A program made the translations under genes and the position numbers. This document shows, in pieces, positions 14,359-20,000 of a stretch of 20,000 nucleotides of DNA. Within the stretch, counting starts at the first letter, position 1. The number at the start of each line of letters is the position of its first letter. Where the stretch lies: IMG/VR virus record IMGVR_UViG_3300031673_000024. One strand, given 5' to 3'. Source of the stretch: an uncultured virus (IMG/VR IMGVR_UViG_3300031673_000024) (Duplodnaviria > Heunggongvirae > Uroviricota > Caudoviricetes). A model generated the notes under the pieces. The model was given only the letters and a program-made list of their open reading frames with translations. It was not told the origin of the DNA and made no database searches.

Positions 14359-15606
14359 TCAGCGGAAGCCGCCGAAGCGGTTACGGAAGTTGGTCTTCGA
14401 CTCGGCATCCACCGGCTCGGGGGAAGCGCGACGAACCGAAGCCGAGACGTTGACGTCACTGTTGTGCGACGCCTGGAGGGGAACCGCGCGCGCAGCCATC
14501 TGGTTGGCGAGGTTCTGGTCGTAGTTGGGGTTCGTAGCTGCGTGGCTACGCTCGCTCGGAAGCGGGCGAACACGCTTGCCGGCAGCCTGCATCGCAGAGA
14601 GGATCTCGGAGAGAGCCTCAGCCGAGAGGTTGCTCCACTCCTCAGCCTTGTCGAGGAGACCAGCGAAGGTCTTGATTCCCTGCTGGAAGAAGGCGTCATC
14701 GACCATCTCGGCGGCAGTTGCCTCCGGGAGACCCGCGCTGCGGATGCTCACGATGAGCGCGTCCTTGAGCGGGTTCTGGACGATGAAGTTGTTGGCCGAA
14801 GCCTCCAGCACATGGCCGAGGGTTCCGATGTAGCGCGCCTTCACCTGCGAGACCTGCTGACGCAGGGCTTCCTGGGTGGAGGCTGCGAGGTTCGCCTTGA
14901 TCTGCGCGATCTTCTTGTTCGCGTCGACCTTGGCCACGTAGGTCTTGGCCTTCACGGCGCTCAGGGCAGCCATGAGTCCGTGCTTTTTGATTCCGTCGAT
15001 GACCGAGCGTGCGAAGTCGTGCGAGACGAAGTGCGCTGCGATCTCCTTGGCGTGGTCCTGGTCCTTCAGGGACACCTTGGCGATCGGGTCGCCGTTGGCG
15101 AACAGAACCCAGTGCGCGCCTGCCTCCATGACCTCAGCAGCGGTCGATGCTTCCTCGGGAACGAAGGGAACGAGGTCGAAGTTGACTTCCTCGTCCTCAG
15201 CGAACTCGGCTGGATCGGTGACTGCCATGATGGCGTCTTCGAGGCCCGGCGGGATGAGGATGCCGGGCTGGTAGCTCGCGTCATCGCCAGCGTCGCCCTT
15301 GCCCTCTTCGATGGCCTTCTCCAACTCGGGGGGAAGGGAGATGCCGATGTCCTCAGCGCCGAGGTTGGCGTTGTCAGCCGGGCTCAGCGTGGTGCCCTCG
15401 AAGCCGCCATTCGGGGGCGCGTTCTGGTCGAGAGCCCTGACATTCCTCGCCGCCTTGACGGGGCGCTTGGTCGCCGACTTCTTCACACCAGTCTTCTCAG
15501 CCTTCGCGGTCGCCTTGCGCTTCGCCATACGCGCTTCGCGCTTCTCTGCCATCGCGAGAACCTTCTTCGATGCGCTCATGAGATCGTTCTTTTTCGTGTT
15601 CTTCAT
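14359..15606 (-). CDS. Probable scaffolding/prohead core protein
   Basis: 415 aa. Basic N-terminus, acidic linker, long helical/coiled-coil region and an aromatic C-terminus (NFRNRFGGFR). Located downstream of the protease and upstream of the capsid gene, with highly biased codons. Confidence 0.65.
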   Translation of the reverse strand: MKNTKKNDLMSASKKVLAMAEKREARMAKRKATAKAEKTGVKKSATKRPVKAARNVRALDQNAPPNGGFEGTTLSPADNANLGAEDIGISLPPELEKAIEEGKGDAGDDASYQPGILIPPGLEDAIMAVTDPAEFAEDEEVNFDLVPFVPEEASTAAEVMEAGAHWVLFANGDPIAKVSLKDQDHAKEIAAHFVSHDFARSVIDGIKKHGLMAALSAVKAKTYVAKVDANKKIAQIKANLAASTQEALRQQVSQVKARYIGTLGHVLEASANNFIVQNPLKDALIVSIRSAGLPEATAAEMVDDAFFQQGIKTFAGLLDKAEEWSNLSAEALSEILSAMQAAGKRVRPLPSERSHAATNPNYDQNLANQMAARAVPLQASHNSDVNVSASVRRASPEPVDAESKTNFRNRFGGFR

Positions 15607-15879
15607 CTGTTGGTCCCTCGTGCCATAACCGATAGGTCTGGCGTTAATGAAGCCTCAGTGTCGTGGATTGTTCACCTTCACCGCGGTGCGGGAGGCGCTG
15701 TTAAAGTAGACCCGAGGCTTCTGTTCGCGTAGCCGGGTGCTACAGGGCTAGAGTTGCAACGCTACAAATCCTCTGCCTGGATTTGTTCAAGCGGAGCCCA
15801 GATCAATGCCCATGAGCTTCTGCTCAATCGCGATGTTACAGGCCCATAAAGGGAACATTACAAATGATAGAAAATGGTC

Positions 15880-15898
15880 CTACTGCTCGATGCAGTAG
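15880..15898 (-). terminator. Possible weak terminator after the 216-aa gene
   Basis: CTACTGC-atcga-GCAGTAG, 5 nt after the stop, followed by GACCATTTTCTATCATTTG. Confidence 0.35.
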
Positions 15899-15903
15899 CG
15901 GAA

Positions 15904-16554
15904 TCATGTGCGCGGGTGACCAACGATGATCTTCATGTGCCGGTGCCCGGCAATGTCCCTGTAGTACCAACCAGGATTGTCAGGGTACTTGCCAGAGGGA
16001 TGCTCTCCGACCCACTCGATCTTCTTTCCGTTCAGAACCTTCTTCGCTGTCTCAGGATCGTTCACGGTAGGGACGTGGTGCCGCGTAAGAAGGATGTGGG
16101 CGATGGCATCTGACACTTCTGCGAAGACACCCTTCTTGCGGAGGAGCAGGTCTGCCTTGTGCTTGACCACAGCCTTCTTAGCTAGCGAAGTGTCATCGTG
16201 CCCCATCCCGACGTATTTTTCGCCAGCCTTCTTGGTATCCACGAGGTTCAGCGCGTCTGCCTCTGGATCGGCATCAATGTCAGCGGCGTCGAAGAAGACG
16301 ACCTCTCCACCAAGTAGGTCGATAGGGTTGCGGAGCTTGAAGTGCCCGCCGATCTGCCGGTAGGCGTTCTGGATCAACTCGAACAGTTCATCCTGAAGCT
16401 CCGGGTCATCCCGCAGGTCGTCTACCGTCAGCCTAGTCCACTTGTTCTTGGGGATGTTGAGGTCGGCGAAGTCCGCTCGGATAGCGTTCTCCGTCAACCT
16501 ATCAGCGGCAGCGAGTAGAGCCTTGGCGACGTGTAGCTTAGTCTGCCTGTCCAC
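15904..16554 (-). CDS. Hypothetical phage protein with helical N-terminal leader, possible head-packaged enzyme (GNAT-like fold, tentative)
   Basis: 216 aa, GTG start with GGGGAG RBS, 2 nt after the protease stop. Conserved-looking motifs LIQNAYRQIGG, KYVGMGHD, FAEVSDAIAHIL and WYYRDIAGHRHMKIIVGHP. Confidence 0.7.
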   Translation of the reverse strand: MDRQTKLHVAKALLAAADRLTENAIRADFADLNIPKNKWTRLTVDDLRDDPELQDELFELIQNAYRQIGGHFKLRNPIDLLGGEVVFFDAADIDADPEADALNLVDTKKAGEKYVGMGHDDTSLAKKAVVKHKADLLLRKKGVFAEVSDAIAHILLTRHHVPTVNDPETAKKVLNGKKIEWVGEHPSGKYPDNPGWYYRDIAGHRHMKIIVGHPRT

Positions 16555-16556
16555 CG

Positions 16557-17378
16557 TTACTCCCCGAACGGCTTCTGCTGCGTCTGAAAGGCGCCATAGT
16601 TCGCCGGGTCACCTACCGAAGACGACTCGAAGAAGTGGTAGTCGTAGACCGCGTCGTACACGAGGCTTCCTTTGAGGACCTGCCCCTTGCCCATGAACTT
16701 GCCCTGGACACGCTGCTGCTGCGGTCCCTTCATGCAGTCACAGGCCGACGGATAGCTCGTATCCCAGCGATGCCCGCAGTTTGCACAGTCCATGGAAGCG
16801 GTCCACGCGCTCATGCTGTGGCCACGACGACGACCAGAAAGAACATCATCAGCAAGCTGACTGTCCTTCGTACGGTCGAACGCCTTGAGGATCATGGTGA
16901 ACCAGCGGCCATTCACCTGCTTCATCGAAGCGTCGAGGATGACACCCTTCGCCTTCGTGTTGTCATCATGCTGGTGCTCGTAAAACACCGGCTTACCCAC
17001 GAACGTGCGATACGCTTGAACACCGAACTTGGGAACCCAGTCAACCAACCGAGAGGTCAGGAAGCAGTCCATGTTACGGTTGGGCACATCGCCTTCAACG
17101 ATGGGCACCTCAGCGATGACGTAGTCTCGGATGTCCGCCGACAGGCAGTAGGCGTCAGCCGCAGCGGGGAGCCAGGACACGTCCACCACAGAGCTTCGGT
17201 CGAGGGCCGAGGCGCTTGCCATCAGCATCCGACCAGTCCCACGATCTAGGTCGTATCCCAGACGGAAAGACTCCTCGGTGTTGATCTGATCCGCGTAGGA
17301 ATGGAGGATGTGGGAGTCTTTGGGGTTCGCTGTAGCAGCCGACAGAGCAGAACCTTCGGGGATGATGAGAGAGGTCAT
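16557..17378 (-). CDS. Prohead maturation protease (HK97/assemblin-like serine protease fold) with Zn-finger insertion
   Basis: 273 aa directly after the portal. Motifs PNRNMDCF, FVGKPVFYEH (candidate catalytic His), KAKGVILDA, GHSMSA (candidate catalytic Ser), CANCG...CDC and FFESSSVGDPA. Confidence 0.8.
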   Translation of the reverse strand: MTSLIIPEGSALSAATANPKDSHILHSYADQINTEESFRLGYDLDRGTGRMLMASASALDRSSVVDVSWLPAAADAYCLSADIRDYVIAEVPIVEGDVPNRNMDCFLTSRLVDWVPKFGVQAYRTFVGKPVFYEHQHDDNTKAKGVILDASMKQVNGRWFTMILKAFDRTKDSQLADDVLSGRRRGHSMSAWTASMDCANCGHRWDTSYPSACDCMKGPQQQRVQGKFMGKGQVLKGSLVYDAVYDYHFFESSSVGDPANYGAFQTQQKPFGE

Positions 17379-17381
17379 AGG

Positions 17382-19376
17382 TCAGACTGCCTTCCCGGCT
17401 TTGTTCAGGGTATCGAAATCCCGATTTAGCCGTGCGCGGTCCACTGAGAGGTCTTCTCGTGGTGTCCCTGACAGTTTGGTATCCGTAGGGACATAGACGC
17501 GGGAAGCGTCCGCCTTGAAGGAAGCTGACTCCACCACACCCTCCGACAACTCCTTCGCCTTTTTCTTCTCCTTGTCGGTCAACTCATTGACATCGTACCC
17601 GTCCTCGTCTTCCGCGAAGTCGAGTTTCGACACGCCCTTCTGGAGCTTCTCGATCTCGGCAGAAAGCTCATCGGGCTCCATGTCGCCAGCGCCCTCTTGA
17701 AGAGTCATGATCTGCTGCTTCAACTGCTGGAACTTCATAGCCTCCAGGCGGAAGTCCAGGTCAGCAACCGCCGTCCGCATCCGGTCGGCTAGTTCGCCAC
17801 CACCAAGGGTACGGTTCCACTCGGCTGCCCCGACAGGCAAGCCCTTCTCTTCCATCTTGTCGAGAAGGTCGGCACGGGCCATATCCGCCGTGGAGTCAAG
17901 GCTCTTGTGGAAGATGAGCGTAGGAAGGATGAGTTCGTGGTCGTCGTCGTCGATGATGATCCGGTGAGCAAGCTCTGCGGGGGTGCGGCGCCGGAAGTTG
18001 TGGACGACAGCCAAAGCACGGAAGAACTTCTGGATGAGGAAGGTCTCCACCACGTACTTCCGGTGTGCCTTCAGGCGCTCCATGAAGATCGTGGGGGCCG
18101 TTGTCGTATCAATGTTCATATCCCCCATAAGGAGTGATTCAGAAACACCGAACATCTTGAGCTTGGCTTCCTGCAAGAAGCTCCACTCGTCCTGCCACTT
18201 CCACATCTCAGCGAGCGATCCACGGATCTGATTGAAGTCAACGTCGTAACGTGTGCCGATGGTTGACGACACGCTGTCTTCTTCGGCGGCGGTGTAAGCA
18301 GACACCAAAGCATCGATCTGCTCGGGGGTAGGCTCCCACTGCTCGGAGCCAACGCGAATCTGCGTAATGGGTCCGGCACGGCGGCGGTGCCCGGTCAACG
18401 TCGCGTTGATGAGGCTCTTCTCAAGGCCCCACAATGGGATGTTGCGTACGTAGAAGGAGGTACCGTAGATGTCGCTGAAGAACGACCGGCGAGGAAGGTA
18501 CGCCGTAGTCGTTGGATCGAGCGGGATCGGCTGGTTCTGGCCGAGAGCGTCGAGAAGCTCCTTCGGCATCCCCTTACGGGAGTCGACGTCACGCTCGTCC
18601 TGGCTTTTTACCCACGCCTGCATAGCAGGAGAAGGTACAAGGTCGAGCTTAGGCATGAAGCCAGTGCGTGGGATCTCACCGATGTTCACGTAGTCAGCGT
18701 CGTGGATGACCATGTCAGTCCAGATGCCCAACTCCGCGTTGAGGATAAGCTGGATGATGACGCGCCCGATGACTAGGTACTCCTTGGTGATGTCCTCCAA
18801 GTACCTGTCGACACGTACAGCATCCTTGGCCGCCCAATAGGTATCGATTATGGTTGGGTCCCGGATGCCGGCGATGTCGAAGTCTGACCAGCACATCTCC
18901 GCAATGGTCTCGACCACGGGGCCTTCGATGACCCCGCGGTTGAACATGATGCGGAACATGCGGTTCTGTGAACGCGGGTCCTGTGGGATCCAGTCTTCAG
19001 CGACCGTGCCTCGGCTGAGGTCGTCGTAGACAGGGTTGTACCGGTCGACCGTGGCCCCAGAGGAACCAAAGCCGCCGCTCCCGCCGAAGCCACCAAGACC
19101 ACCGCTCCCGCCGCTACTCCCACCACTACCAAAGGAGCCAACAGCAGAGACTGTATTTGCTTCTACTACAGTCTTATTCTTCTGATTGAGACGCTCGTGC
19201 ATCGTAGCTGCATGCACGTGCCCATCTTCGTCTTTCACAAATCCGCGACGGGACTTCAGGCCGCTTACAACACCGGCTCCGGCGTCGTTGTTGGCACTGT
19301 TTCCTTTACCGGTAGGACGGTTGACACTCTCAATGAGTGAAGAAACAACACGCTGGCGACGACCAATACGGAGCAT
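17382..19376 (-). CDS. Portal protein
   Basis: 664 aa, first gene of the head series. Portal-like features: ITKEYLVIGRV, YLPRR...DIYGTS, LEKSLINATL...RRAGPI, QIRVGSEQWEPTPEQIDAL, KLKMFGVSESLLMG and FMERLKAHRKYV. Low-complexity N- and C-terminal extensions. Confidence 0.8.
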   Translation of the reverse strand: MLRIGRRQRVVSSLIESVNRPTGKGNSANNDAGAGVVSGLKSRRGFVKDEDGHVHAATMHERLNQKNKTVVEANTVSAVGSFGSGGSSGGSGGLGGFGGSGGFGSSGATVDRYNPVYDDLSRGTVAEDWIPQDPRSQNRMFRIMFNRGVIEGPVVETIAEMCWSDFDIAGIRDPTIIDTYWAAKDAVRVDRYLEDITKEYLVIGRVIIQLILNAELGIWTDMVIHDADYVNIGEIPRTGFMPKLDLVPSPAMQAWVKSQDERDVDSRKGMPKELLDALGQNQPIPLDPTTTAYLPRRSFFSDIYGTSFYVRNIPLWGLEKSLINATLTGHRRRAGPITQIRVGSEQWEPTPEQIDALVSAYTAAEEDSVSSTIGTRYDVDFNQIRGSLAEMWKWQDEWSFLQEAKLKMFGVSESLLMGDMNIDTTTAPTIFMERLKAHRKYVVETFLIQKFFRALAVVHNFRRRTPAELAHRIIIDDDDHELILPTLIFHKSLDSTADMARADLLDKMEEKGLPVGAAEWNRTLGGGELADRMRTAVADLDFRLEAMKFQQLKQQIMTLQEGAGDMEPDELSAEIEKLQKGVSKLDFAEDEDGYDVNELTDKEKKKAKELSEGVVESASFKADASRVYVPTDTKLSGTPREDLSVDRARLNRDFDTLNKAGKAV

Positions 19377-19381
19377 GACTA

Positions 19382-20000
19382 TCAGTACCGCACTTGGGTA
19401 CCTGTGGGAAGAGGCAGAACGACACGATCCTGACGACAGTAGATTCCGCCCCGCTCATTCGCCAAGGATACAGGCTCCATTGCACCGTGACACCGAGGAC
19501 AACGGTCTCCGGCCTGCGCCATCTTGGGATGGAATGCAGCGTTGACGACTTCCGAGTTGGTTGACGTGAGCGTGACTTGCTCAGTGCCGCTTGAAACGAC
19601 AGTCGCCTTTGCAGAGCCAGAGAGAACCTGCTGCTTCGTGGGGCTGGTGCCTGCCGACGCGACGACGATCTTGGCGGAGGCGGACAGCGTGGCCGAGGCT
19701 TCCTCGATCACGTTGCGCGCAGCGAGTAGTGCGTTCGCTGCGTCCTGCTCAGTGACGAATTCCACCTTGCCATCGGGTGTTGCCCACCCAGAACCAACAA
19801 GAAGGTTCTTAACCTTGGAGCGAACGGTGTGGAGGTCACCATCACGAACGCCGAGCGAACGGGCGTCACTCGCCATGCCCTTGTTCCAAAGGTTGTCGAA
19901 GGTACCAATGATCTTTGCCATGTTAGCCTCGGAAGGTGCCTTTCCTGACAACGACGGGAAAGTCCGCCGTGCCGCTTGTAGAGACTGCGCCTCCACCCAT
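19382..20000 (-). CDS. Hypothetical (probably virion) protein with C-terminal Zn-ribbon, likely 5'-truncated by the window
   Basis: The frame is open to the window edge. C-terminal CPRCHGAM...IYCRQDRVVLP, preceded by an S/A/T/V-rich linker. Confidence 0.75.
   Translation of the reverse strand, partial: WVEAQSLQAARRTFPSLSGKAPSEANMAKIIGTFDNLWNKGMASDARSLGVRDGDLHTVRSKVKNLLVGSGWATPDGKVEFVTEQDAANALLAARNVIEEASATLSASAKIVVASAGTSPTKQQVLSGSAKATVVSSGTEQVTLTSTNSEVVNAAFHPKMAQAGDRCPRCHGAMEPVSLANERGGIYCRQDRVVLPLPTGTQVRY

Noticed and set aside
10472..15732. Long plus-strand ORFs (484, 465, 254 and 422 aa)
   Set aside because: Antisense shadows of strongly GC3-biased or low-complexity minus-strand genes, with no RBS, no recognisable motifs and odd composition.
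15607..15903. tRNA or c-di-GMP riboswitch in the large intergenic gaps
   Set aside because: No cloverleaf with a proper T-loop and acceptor stem, and no GEMM consensus, could be built by eye here or at 10209-10432 or 11546-11963.
1..20000. Stop-codon reassignment (alternative genetic code)
   Set aside because: Genes tile densely under the standard code, and TAA, TAG and TGA all terminate credible genes.

Overview
A GC-rich stretch of a large tailed (probably jumbo) phage genome. All credible genes lie on the minus strand, tightly packed and read right to left. The order is: a partial Zn-ribbon protein; the head module (portal, prohead protease, a leader-bearing 216-aa protein, scaffold/core, probable decoration protein, a 482-aa acidic/basic charge-block protein, an unannotated 36-aa basic peptide, HK97-type major capsid protein); further structural and hypothetical genes; a class II B12-dependent ribonucleotide reductase (nrdJ); a PAS-GGDEF diguanylate cyclase; two small ORFs; an Amidase_2 endolysin; a small membrane protein; a 2H phosphoesterase with an N-terminal extension; and a tail-collar/baseplate-like protein. 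Most notable: (1) a phage-encoded diguanylate cyclase apparently co-transcribed with the endolysin and a 2H (Acb1-like fold) phosphoesterase; (2) a possible DNA-condensation pair (charge-block protein plus protamine-like peptide) directly upstream of the capsid gene; (3) an RNA leader able to sequester the capsid ribosome-binding site; (4) recurrent (V/L/I)-x-A-(S/A) sites and helical N-terminal leaders suggesting assemblin-like processing of head-packaged cargo. Family assignments come from motif recognition only; no searches were run.
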